From assembly GCA_964188305.1 (NCBI GenBank), contig OZ076887.1: DNA of 64,000 bases. One strand, 5' to 3'. This DNA comes from Podarcis bocagei. Its lineage: Eukaryota. Position numbers and translations under genes: made by a program. The notes below the pieces were generated by a model that was not told the DNA's origin, searched no databases, and saw only the letters and a program-made list of their open reading frames with translations. Below are positions 37,100 to 47,545 of the stretch, piece after piece (position 1 is the first letter of the stretch; every line of letters begins with the position of its first letter).

Positions 37100-37900
37100 T
37101 ATAGGATTATAATGTAACTAAATATATTGAATCATATATAGCCTTTGAAGAAAGTAGAACAACCTTACCACAAACTTTCACCTAAGTCTCTATTGCACTG
37201 GGAATCTCTAATGACCAGCCCTGACTACAACAATGTTATTTGAGGTTTGTACAGCAATATATGAGATTTCCATATCTGGGTCTTCTTGCATTGCTGGATT
37301 CACCTTGCAGTTCTGTGTTTCTAAAACACATTCATATGAAGCTCATCTTCCAGATCTGGAACAGTGTTTGGGACTAGTGAAAGAGGATTCTGAACTATGC
37401 CCTCGTGGATTTCGACAAACAAGGGGATGTAGGTAACAAAATCCAGGAAAGATAGAACACCTGCTTTTCCGCGGTTGAACTTCTGCAGGGCCTGAAAAGA
37501 AAATTTCAAAGAGAGCTTTAACATTATGAAAGTTGGTTTCATAATCAGATTCTTAATTAGAAATGCATGGAACCTGTTATAATTTTGCTTGACGATATCA
37601 CGCAATGGACTTAGCAACATATATGCCCTGATCTAGTTGGGTGCAGTGCCTTGGGGGCACAGCAGGGGCGCCACAACTAACAGGTGAGGGTGCATCAACT
37701 TTTGTCATTTGAGATCCCAAGGTCTCCCACTGCCATAGACAAGGCTCCCTCGATGCACCTAGAGGAGCCAGGAGCACCGGAGAAGTGCTAGCAACTGTTC
37801 AGCGACTTTGGGTTAGGGTTGGGTTGGGTTGTCAGACATAGAAGTGTGATAGCTAGAAATGCCTACCAGCTCCTCATCCATAATAGCTACAGTGGTACCT

Positions 37901-38060
37901 AGAATCATAAATCATAAAATTGTAGAGTTGGCAGGGACCCATAGGGTCATCCAGTCCAACCCCCTGCAATGCAGGAATGTCAACTAAAGCATCCATGGCA
38001 GGTGGCCATCCCTCTGCCTTAAAACCTCCAAGGAAGGAGTCCACAATCTCCCAATGATGC
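37901..38060 (-). mobile_element. CR1 LINE 3' fragment
   Basis: agaatcat tail then gttggcagggaccc...gtccaaccccctgcaatgcagg, the reverse of the CR1 3' end. Confidence 0.85.
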
Positions 38061-38389
38061 ATCCTTACCACTCATTGACTACAGCATCCCGTGATGACTT
38101 GCTTGTCTGAATGAGCCATTACAAATTCCTTCAACAGCCAGAACTTTCACATTGCCAACTTGGAGGCAGTCCCCCCTCCCTTTCAGATGTGTGATCACTC
38201 CAACTGTGTGTGTGTGTCTGAATGACCACAGTTAAATATGCAATAATAATTTATATAATTATTACTTATACCCTGCCTATCTGGCTGGTAATCATCACTG
38301 TCTGTACTTCTCTCCAATTTAGTGACCTCACTGCTTATGATTCCATCCCAACCAGGCGCAAAGTGCCCACAACTCAGAATAACACTTCC

Positions 38390-38470
38390 TGTGCCTGGTG
38401 AAATGGGCTGCAGCCCATGAAAGTGATAAATGTGTTAAGTCTTTAAGGGGCCACAAAACTCTATCGTTTT
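38390..38470 (+). mobile_element. Second Penelope-like terminal fragment with a degenerate hammerhead motif
   Basis: CTGGTGA-A-ATGGGC-TGCA-GCCCAT-GAAAG plus the shared taaatgtgtt..gtctttaag tail. Confidence 0.6.
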
Positions 38471-38487
38471 TGCCTCAGTTGTTGAGT

Positions 38488-38578
38488 AATCATAGAATCA
38501 TAGAATAGAATCATAGAATCATAGAGTTGGAATAGACCACAAGGGCCATCGAGTCCAACCCCCTGCCAAGCAGGAAAC
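38488..38578 (-). mobile_element. CR1 LINE 3' fragment with (ATCATAGA)n tail
   Basis: Repeated catagaat followed by gagttggaatagaccacaagggccatcgagtccaacc. Confidence 0.85.
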
Positions 38579-38813
38579 ACCTCAGGTTACATATGCTTCA
38601 GGTTACATACACTTCAGGTTACAGACTCTGCTATCTCAGAAATAGTACCTCAGGTTAAGAACTTTGCTTCAGGATGAGAACAGAAATCGTGCACTGGTGG
38701 TGCGGCGGCAGCAGGAGGCCCCATTAGCTAAAGTGGTGCTTCAGGTTAAGAACAGTTTCAGGTTAAGAACGGACCTCCGGAACGAATTAAGTACTTAACC
38801 TGAGGTACCACTG
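38579..38813. mobile_element. Family B mariner MITE lacking the first 7 bp of its left TIR
   Basis: Highly similar to 7574-7808; right end GGTACCACTG|TA; the missing left end CAGTGGTACCT lies at 37890-37900. Confidence 0.9.
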
Positions 38814-38946
38814 TACTTGCATTGGAGAGTGGCACTGAAGTTATACAATTCTCATTAGCCTGCTACAGATCCTGTCAATTGTTTAAGAAGGCTGTGGATT
38901 CTTATTTATCCAAGAACCTATGTAGGTATATTTATAACAATAAAGA

Positions 38947-38947
<1 letters not shown>

Positions 38948-38978
<31 letters not shown>

Positions 38979-39005
38979 GTAGTAGTAGTAGTAGTAGTAG
39001 TAGTA
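38948..39005. repeat. (ATT)n(AGT)n compound microsatellite
   Basis: Direct reading. Confidence 0.97.
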
Positions 39006-39964
39006 CCAGGCACATAGGTCTAGCAGGAAAAATTCCATGTCAACCTGGTTACTCTCCGTTTTGCTTGTTGGTTGCTGTGCTTGCTTCTTGATAGCTGCCC
39101 CTAAATTTGAAGGGGGAAATGTTTTCATCATGTAATGACCAAAGCCCAGCTCATGAGAATATATGCTGGCAAAACCGAATGTGTGTATAGATGTGTGTCT
39201 AGAATGGAAAATCTGCACCAATGGAGAAATAGCTCCCTTTCCCCTCAGCATGGAACTACTGAAAAAAAGATTGTGCAAAGGCTATTTTGGAGCAGTTAGC
39301 AGAGATGCCCAAGAATGAAACAGAGTACATTTTGGATTCTCCAAAAGGTTTTATCCAGATAGGATTTGGAATTATACTGTTCCGCTTTTAACCACCACAT
39401 AGGCCAGTGATCCTTCAGTATGTGAAAACAAAACCCTGATGAAGGAGCCTGCTAAAGTCATTAAGCTGAATTACATAAAAGCAAACCTCAAAGAATGGTT
39501 AAAATGATTAGACTGCTTGTTCACTGAAGATCAAGTTATTTTCCATGGTTGCTTCCCAGCATGGAGTATTTAGTCACTAGTGCCTTTAAAGATCCAAAAA
39601 TACAAGAGGACAAGAGGCCTCTTAACTATCATCCTGCCCTGTATGCTTGGCACCAAATTCAGACGACTTGGAGAAGTTTCGTTCAAATTGCCTGTTTTTT
39701 CTCTTCTACTTTGTATACCTTTCCGTAAGAAAGCAGGCCTATTTTTAGGAGCTGGCCGATGAAGCTGAACCCAGTGGTTTTGACTTTCACAGTTGTTGTT
39801 TTTCCTTCCCTTAAATCAAAAAGCAGGGGGCTTGGGGATCATATTAAAGCTTTCCTCTCTCTTCATACAAAGTGGTGACTTTTTAAAAAAGTGTCTACAA
39901 ATTCTCTTCACGTTTCATTCAGATTGCTAGTTGTTATGATCCTCAGCATCCCTCCTCCTCCTTT

Positions 39965-40027
39965 CCAAGGTTGCAGGTTCAATCCCTGTATGGGGCAGCT
40001 CTGCACTGCAGAGGTTGGACTAGATGA
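39965..40027 (+). mobile_element. tRNA/CR1-type SINE fragment
   Basis: B-box-like GGTTCAATCCC followed by CR1-like ggttggactagatga. Confidence 0.55.
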
Positions 40028-40130
40028 TTCTTCTTCTTCTTCTTCTTCTTCTTCTTCTTCTTCTTCTTCTTCTTCTTCCTCTTCCTCTTCCTCTTCCTCT
40101 TCCTCTTCCTCTTCCATCTCCTCCTCCTTC
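40028..40130. repeat. (CTT)n grading into (CCTCTT)n, a polypyrimidine tract
   Basis: Direct reading. Confidence 0.97.
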
Positions 40131-43100
40131 TGACCTACTTACTCCAGTTGACATGTCCAATTGGCTTCTATTTGGACAGTTCAAGGACTGAGTTGAGAAT
40201 TGCAGCTTTACGTTCCAGTCCCATTGATTGGCTGTGATTTGTGCTGCTACCACTACAGCTGGATCCGTTTCCTGGTAAATGGTTCAAAGCTGCCATTTCC
40301 ACTCTGCTTGCCAGATAAAATCCTTGGAACAGGGTTTAAAAGGAAGCATGAGGTTGTGCTTAGGAATTGTAATGTGGTGCATTGGATACGGTATAATTTG
40401 AAATTGGTCACAGTGGGTTACTCAGGTTCAAGTAGTTGCTCAGCTATGAAGCTAACTGGGTGGCCTGGAAAAAGTCATAATCAGCCAACCTAACCCACCA
40501 ACGGGTCACTGCAAGAATAAATGAGGTATGAATTGCAAAGCACTCTGTGCATCAAAAAAATATAATAATAATAGAAATGATAGTTGATCATAAACACATC
40601 CACTTTCATTTTTGGAATGTCACATACATGATTAGCACAGAAAGCATTAGCCAACGAGTGCTGGTAGCTTTTCGGGGGGGGGGGGGAGGCGGCGGTCATT
40701 TTACTTGATTTTACAAATACAAATTTGTAATCAAACAGATATCCATATACAGAAATTACTCCGAATGTTGCAACTTCCCCCACCTCCTCCACGGGGTCCC
40801 ATTTTGAACATGTGCAAGTGCAAATTCTTCCATACTCTAAATATTATAGCAATCCATATTGTCCATGGTATTTGTTACACTACAAGTAGAATCAAAATCC
40901 TGCCAGTGTTTCTATCTGCTTACAGTGGTCTCCTGAATAACTTATAATTTTTTCCATTCTTTTATAAAGTTTTTGTCCCCTTGGTTCCAGAGTTTTCCAG
41001 TCAGCTTTGCTATTTTGGCATAGTCCAACAGCTTGGTTTGCCATTCCTCTCTGGTAGGGACGACTTCTTCTTTCTGTCTCTGGGCTAGTAGCATCCTTGC
41101 GGCTGTTGTTGCAAGTGCTGGTGGCTTTCACTTTGCCAGCAATGGTGCAGCTGAAGCATTGTATTCCATGTGAAAATGCTTGAGCTCCTGCATCTGACCT
41201 TATGAGCTACCATGTCGGTGCAGCAGCAGCTCATAGGATTGGGCTACCACTATGTGCTTGAGATTGCAGAGAACAGATTGCAGAAGACCAATAAGAGTTC
41301 TGGCGTGAGAAACAGAGGGCAAAAGAATGGCAGATAAGATTGTCAATAATGTAAAATAATGCACAATAAGTCCAAGGAAGCATGCATGTAGTCAACTAAG
41401 TAGAGTAGACCCAGTGACATTAACATATCTAGATTAGTCATGATCATTAATCTTAACAGGACTAATCTGAGTATGACTAACATTGGATACAAGCCAGGTG
41501 TGCCAGTTGGGGGGCACACTTTGGGCTCCCCTGAAATTCTTTAGGAGGGGGCCAGACCCCATCAATACTGAGCGATGATGTTGCTGTGCTCTACATCAGT
41601 GTGTCGTGTCACATGGTGTATGACATCTGACATCGGCCCCTCAATAGTGAGGGCAAGCTGGCGCTCCTGATATAAGCCATGTGCTGTGATGTGGCTTCAG
41701 TTCCTCAGAAAAGTGACCACCGTAGGAAGCTCATTGTAGCATCAGCTGTACTATCTCCAGCAAGGAAAAAAATTTTGGCGTCATTATGAAAAGATTCAAA
41801 ATCAGTGAAGCAGTGTTTCTCTGTTTTCAACTATAGAATACCAAGTTAGTTCAATCTTTCATCTGCTCCAAAATGGTAGTTGTTAGAATATGTTTGTATG
41901 GGCATAATAAGAGTAGAGTCAGTTAATGTACAAAATAAATTTAAGGGTCAATAAAGCCCTATATCTGTTTTGTAATAGAAGGAAATGTAACCTATATCCT
42001 TTTCTATGAAGATAGTGAGAACTGAAGAGTTTATGAATAAGAAGCAAAATGGTTAAGAGAGAAAAAACATCTGAATTGACCTACTGTATGTGTCAATGAA
42101 AAGATCTGACCTTATAATCTGCCGTACCTGCCATATACCTGCAGTATATCATTTATTCTAAACACTAGTGCCATTTGATACTCTCTCATTCTACTAATGC
42201 TACTCTCAGCTGAAAACAACTAGGCCAAACGAACTTTGGTTTTTATTATCTCCAAGGCATATATGATGTTTTGGATCATACATGGTACAGTAAGCCTAGG
42301 TCTGGAAAACTAAAGTCATAGCAAGGAGATCCGTCTCTACAGCTTTATGTTTAGCTCTTCACTGTCAAAGTGCCCCAGCCTCTGAAAAGTATCATATAAG
42401 TATATAAATATTTCAAGGGGAGTGGGTGAAAGTGATCATCTCAGGAAATGCAACCAGAGATTTTGGACTGGTGCCATGCAGCCATGAAAAGAAAATGGGA
42501 TTGTGAAGGGTTTGACTTACAAAATTAATAGCCTCCAATGAAAATCCACCTGCTGCCAGCTCAAGTGCCAATCGGCGAATGCTGACTGATCCTCCAGTCG
42601 TTCTGTTTGTTTTCCTTCCTTTCTCTCCTTCATCGTCCTGGAGGAGATGCCAGAGATCTTTTGCTTTCTCAATACGAACGCTTAAGGCTTCAAAATCCAG
42701 TTTATTGACCAATTTCTTAATCACTGGGCTATGGGTAAGGAAACCAAGATAAGATTATTTCAACATCTGCTCCTTTTTATGAATTACATAAATGAAATTA
42801 CTCTTCAGATTTTTAGCAGTAGAGTGATATGGATTGTAAATATTTTTCATTGATAGAATGTTTCACACAAGGAATTAAAGCTGCAAGAATTTAATTCAAG
42901 GTTTGACAAAATAATAGCACTGATGTCATAGTCTTTTTCTCCTTGAACATTTTTCTTACTGAACTGGCTCAACAGAATGTTTATTAATTGCATATGGATC
43001 TGGCCATTTCTCTATTCCCAACAGGTTGCCACCGGCACCTGCAGGGCACCAGCAGCTATTTAAAATGTCTTTTTGGTTGGAATCTTCCTGAGCTATTGAC

Positions 43101-44204
43101 AATGATACCCACCTTTTGTGGAAGAGGCAGTGGTGACAGTTTCAAACAACCTGCTTAGTAGCAAGCACAGTTTTCTAGAAGATTCTGCAACTCTGCAAAT
43201 GCAGCTCTGCATTTTGTAGATCTCCACAGTGAGCACAAAGATGAAGGGATGCATATTGCACAAATAATTGTGTGTGTCTCCAGGGTGTCATTTTGCAGGA
43301 GGGATTCAATCATAACCTGGAAACTGAGGTTTGCATAATTGAAATGAATAAAAGTGCTCTGTTGCCCTAGTGCAACAAATCCACTTTTTCCAATGGGATT
43401 TTTGCATTTAGGAAAGTGATGGGAAAATGCAAGTGTTGAATGCTGACATACAAACACCCCACAAGTAAATCAAGATGAACGCTCAAGGAAGAGGTCAAGA
43501 GCCCTTTGTGAACTGAACTCTCTTGTGCATGTCAGTCATGGGAAAAGCCTGCAATATTGTGACTACTTGACTGTTTATGAGTCATGGCAACAAAAGAAAC
43601 ACTTTCAGGATTGCAACCTCAGTGGCAACTTAGTGCCATTATTCCCTTAATTTTCCAAGCAATGAGCACGAAGCTTTGTTCCGCAAAGCCTTAAGAAAAC
43701 AGTAAAAAGGAGTTGAACGTGTGCCACATAAATGGCACAGGCTGCTGGATTAATTGTTGGCGCTCACAGGGCAATGGGCAACCTTCCAGTTGGGACATAG
43801 TTTGAAGTGCGATGGTGCCAGCCTGATATATTACTGGGAGGAAGCCAATTCTGTACAAAGCAGTTGAAGAGGAGGTGACACTAAGGGGCAGAGGGAGAAA
43901 AGAAAGGGAGTGCATCCTGAGGTGATTGGTATGTCCTACAGAGACTACCAAAGAAAAATGTTGTTGTGTTAATTGGGTGTGTTAGTTACACTATTTTGCA
44001 GATGAACTTGCTAAAAATACACATGGAACAACTTTAGGTTCTAAACAAGGAATGAAAAATGTGTGTAACTGTGAGAAGAAAATTCGTGAAAATGAAATGT
44101 TTTCTCTATCAGTATAATGCTTCCTATTTGGGGAGGATGCCAGCAAAATTGCTCATCTTGTTTGGCTACCTAGTTCCTACCTAGGTTTAGGAGTTACTGT
44201 CTAT

Positions 44205-44275
44205 CTTCTCCTTCTCCTTCTCCTTCTCCTTCTCCTTCTCCTTCTCCTTCTCCTTCTCCTTCTCCTTCTCCTTCT
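44205..44275. repeat. (CTTCTC)n microsatellite
   Basis: Direct reading. Confidence 0.97.
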
Positions 44276-44414
44276 ATTTCTGGCATGCTCACATTCCATC
44301 CGGGAAGTGAAGAGGATCGCCTTGGGCTCAGGTGGCGGTTAGGCATTGGAATGTGTTGTTGGTGTTTCGGGGGGCAAGGTGTGGCTATCGCCTTCCCCGA
44401 CAATTTTGGGTATT

Positions 44415-44466
44415 TATTAATATTAATATTAATATTAATATTAATATTAATATTAATATTAATATT
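44415..44466. repeat. (TATTAA)n self-complementary microsatellite
   Basis: The unit's reverse complement is a rotation of the unit. Confidence 0.97.
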
Positions 44467-44757
44467 GCTTTCAGAATCTGGCTGTCCAATTTTGGAAAAT
44501 GGATGCTGAAGGAGATGAACATATGGTCTGACCCTTCAGGGGTCTTCTTTTTTTATCGACTACCTTCAGTCTAGACACCATGGAAACTTGGATATTTGGC
44601 TCTATTTTGCCACAAGAAGCTTATTTTGAACAGAAGTCTAAAATCCGAGAATTGCCAAGATCAAATCAATACTATCGCAAGTGCACAAGTCACTTTCTGG
44701 CTGTTTTCTCAAGCATAGGTACTATCTGTTTTAGGTTCTAATAACATTCATACTGGC

Positions 44758-45138
44758 CAGTGCTCTTTTCTGGGGGGGAAGCAGGGGTACGCATACCCCT
44801 AAACATTTTGTGAATCTTTGTACTTCTGTCCACTTACTGTATTTATTTCCCCCTATTTCTTTTTTTTAAAAAAAATGATATTTATTAATATTTCACAAAC
44901 AATAAAAACTAATTCCAACATTTAAGCTACAAAAACAAAACAGATAAAAAATACACCATAGAAAAACAGTTGATAGGAAAAAGAAGAGAAAAGAAAGAAG
45001 AAAGAATAAGAAATAAGAACAAAGAGAAAAGCCAAAAATTTAAACTAAAGATAGATTTCAACTATAAAATGGAGATTTTCTTGAGTCAAAACGAGAGTAC
45101 CCCTAAACATTTTTTTCAAAAAAAAACAAACCCCACTG
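44758..45138. mobile_element. hAT MITE (same family as 26291-26453) with a nested retro-insertion
   Basis: CAGTG...CACTG ends; TSD ATACTGGC/ACACTGGC; colinear with the 26291 copy except 44860-45054. Confidence 0.88.
44860..45054 (-). mobile_element. Short polyA-tailed retroposed fragment (L1 3'UTR-like)
   Basis: T-run at the left end, AATAAA on the minus strand (44881-44886), ATTTC duplicated on both sides. Confidence 0.7.
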
Positions 45139-47162
45139 ACACTGGCTCTTCATCAATCAAACTCATAGACAGAAACACACACACACACACAGCAGCCATA
45201 CTTTTGCGGAAGTTTTCTTCTTGTGTTTTGCTTGTGCAATATGGACATCTTCCACTTAGAAGGTACAAAGAAGCTATTATGACTATTATGTTTTTTTAAC
45301 TCTCACCACCCCCTGCCCTGGTAAAGTATTCATGAAGTTACGGGAACGGCTAACTCATTTAGAAAATGTAATGTAAGCCCCATGACTGATACAGTATTGC
45401 ATCAAATTCCAGTTTACTAAAGGGAGGAGAGTGGGTTATTTTTGATGCAGCCCCTTTTCAACTGCCTTCTTTACTGGAAGAGAACAACAAATCCCTTTTT
45501 ATTACAGCATAAGGACTGTGAATTGGTAAATATTTTGAGAATTTTGCCTGTAGTGTTTGCCTACTGAGACATTTTTAAAAAATGCCTGTGAAGTCGTACG
45601 GCTGGTAAGACTATTCAGTCATACCTTTGCTGCCCTCAACTTCTTCAAATCTCATGCCAGTAAGAAAGACCAGCGGGAGTCCTGTTCTTCCTTTGCAGCT
45701 GTCTTCCTCATAAACATCACCCATGGTATCCCATTTTATAGAAGCCACAAAACATCCCATTAAGCTTTCCCATGGTTCTTTTCTTCATGGCCGCAGCACA
45801 ATATGGCTGCTGATCATGGAACCGGACATTTGATCATATTCAGGATCTGTACAATAAAAGGCATGCCTCAACTTCACAGTTAACGTGTTTTCATGGAATT
45901 ACTCGGTTGGATAATATGCTTTTGTTTATCATTTTTAAAAATGAAATCTATGTAGCATACAGTCCTGTCAACCTTTTTTTTCTCTCATGAAAGAATGTTT
46001 ATACCTGCGGGCAAGGGCTAATGCACTGAAAGGCCTGCATTCATGGGCAGAGTACTAAGCGATTCATGGTTGCCAAGGTAAGCAGTGAAGGCATCCCCTC
46101 AGCAACTCTGCTGGGTCTAAAGGAAACAGTCTCCAAGGAAACAGGCTAACTTCCTTGGAGACCAAAAATGTCCCACTTTCTTAGGTGCAAGAAAATATTC
46201 AATCCTACAGCGAGAAGCAAAGGGATGCAATGTGTTCTATTTTTAGTTTTTCACAGTAACTTAATTTAGATTTTGCCCAAGGGTATCACTTAATTTCAGG
46301 GGGCACAGGGACTAATGAGCCACCATGGTAGAACTCCTGTCTGAGACCAGAGTCTCTTACATTTGCAAGTGTTGTGGAAGGGAACAGACCGTTTATCCTA
46401 CAACAAAGTTTCAAGGATCAGCTGCAGCACTGTTTGTAGCCACAAGCTTGTTTTCAATATTGCAACCGGGGGAGGAAAACACCATGAAAGCTTTTTATTG
46501 GTGGCCTCCTTATACACAGCTGCTATCACATTCCCGTCAGGTTTCATAGATACAACACTTTTATCAGGCAAATGGAATAGCTGTCAATAAGAGGCACCCT
46601 TTGATGGTCCGAATTAAGGATGTCCCCCTCCCACCCACCCAGGAGTTGAAATGTGTCATCTTGACTGTGACGCTTGCTTTGAAAAGACATCAATGTGCCA
46701 CTTTCATCAAGAGTCAAGACAGTCAAAAGTAGTCTGGGAAGTCCCACTTTATCTGCCACATACAATTTTGCTTATGATGTATGACGTCACTATAATACAT
46801 TTGCGATCATGCCTCTGTGATTGTCTCTAACAGTCCAGATGGCATATCTAATAGATGTCAGTCTTCCCCACTCTGTCCATAAAAGTCAACTCGATCTTCT
46901 CTTTTAAATTTTTCTTTAAATCCGACTTATTTTGCAAAGCTGTTTTCAATTTGTTTTCCTGTATCTCAGGCTAGGGATCTTTGCAAAGTTCCACCTGGCC
47001 CATCACATTTCAGTCTCTCTTGTGTGTGCTGCCGTGTGTTTTACACATACTTTGGGTGCCCACACATAGAAGCACCTGGGGTACAGTCACACTGCATCAG
47101 TAGCCCCATTTTGAAAGCCACAACAGAGTAACTGGAGACTGGGCACTAATCAAGATCATATA

Positions 47163-47412
47163 CAGTTGTATGTTGGATCTCAAATGCCTTAGCTCCCGAA
47201 CAAATCGGCTCCTGAACAATTGAAACCTGGGACTGAGTGTTCTGGTTTTCGAACTATTTTTGGAAGCTAAACATCCAACGGGGCTTCTGCGGCTTCCGAT
47301 TGGCTGCAGGAACTTCTTGCAGCCAATCGGAAGCTGCACTTTGGTTTCTGAACATTTTGGAAGTTGAACGGACTTCTGGAATGGATTCCGTTCTACTTCC
47401 AAGGTACGACTG
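47163..47412. mobile_element. Tc1/mariner MITE, family D
   Basis: TIRs CAGTTGTATGTTGGA / TCCAAGGTACGACTG; TA TSD. Confidence 0.85.
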
Positions 47413-47479
47413 TATATGGGCACATTCCCATATTTACATAATTTAATAGGTGCTCCAGACCTGGGCTTATAACTTCTGT

Positions 47480-47545
47480 CTTCATTTTATCGTCTAAAGT
47501 GAACTAGTTGCCTTCATTTTATTGTCTAAAGTGAACTAGTTGCCT
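47480..47545. repeat. 32-bp tandem duplication
   Basis: CTTCATTTTATYGTCTAAAGTGAACTAGTTGC x2 (one C/T difference). Confidence 0.95.

Noticed and set aside
39891-40253. Poly-E, poly-S and RG-repeat ORFs (also poly-F at 10252 and EG/IL/IN repeats at 44194-44574)
   Set aside because: Translations of microsatellites.
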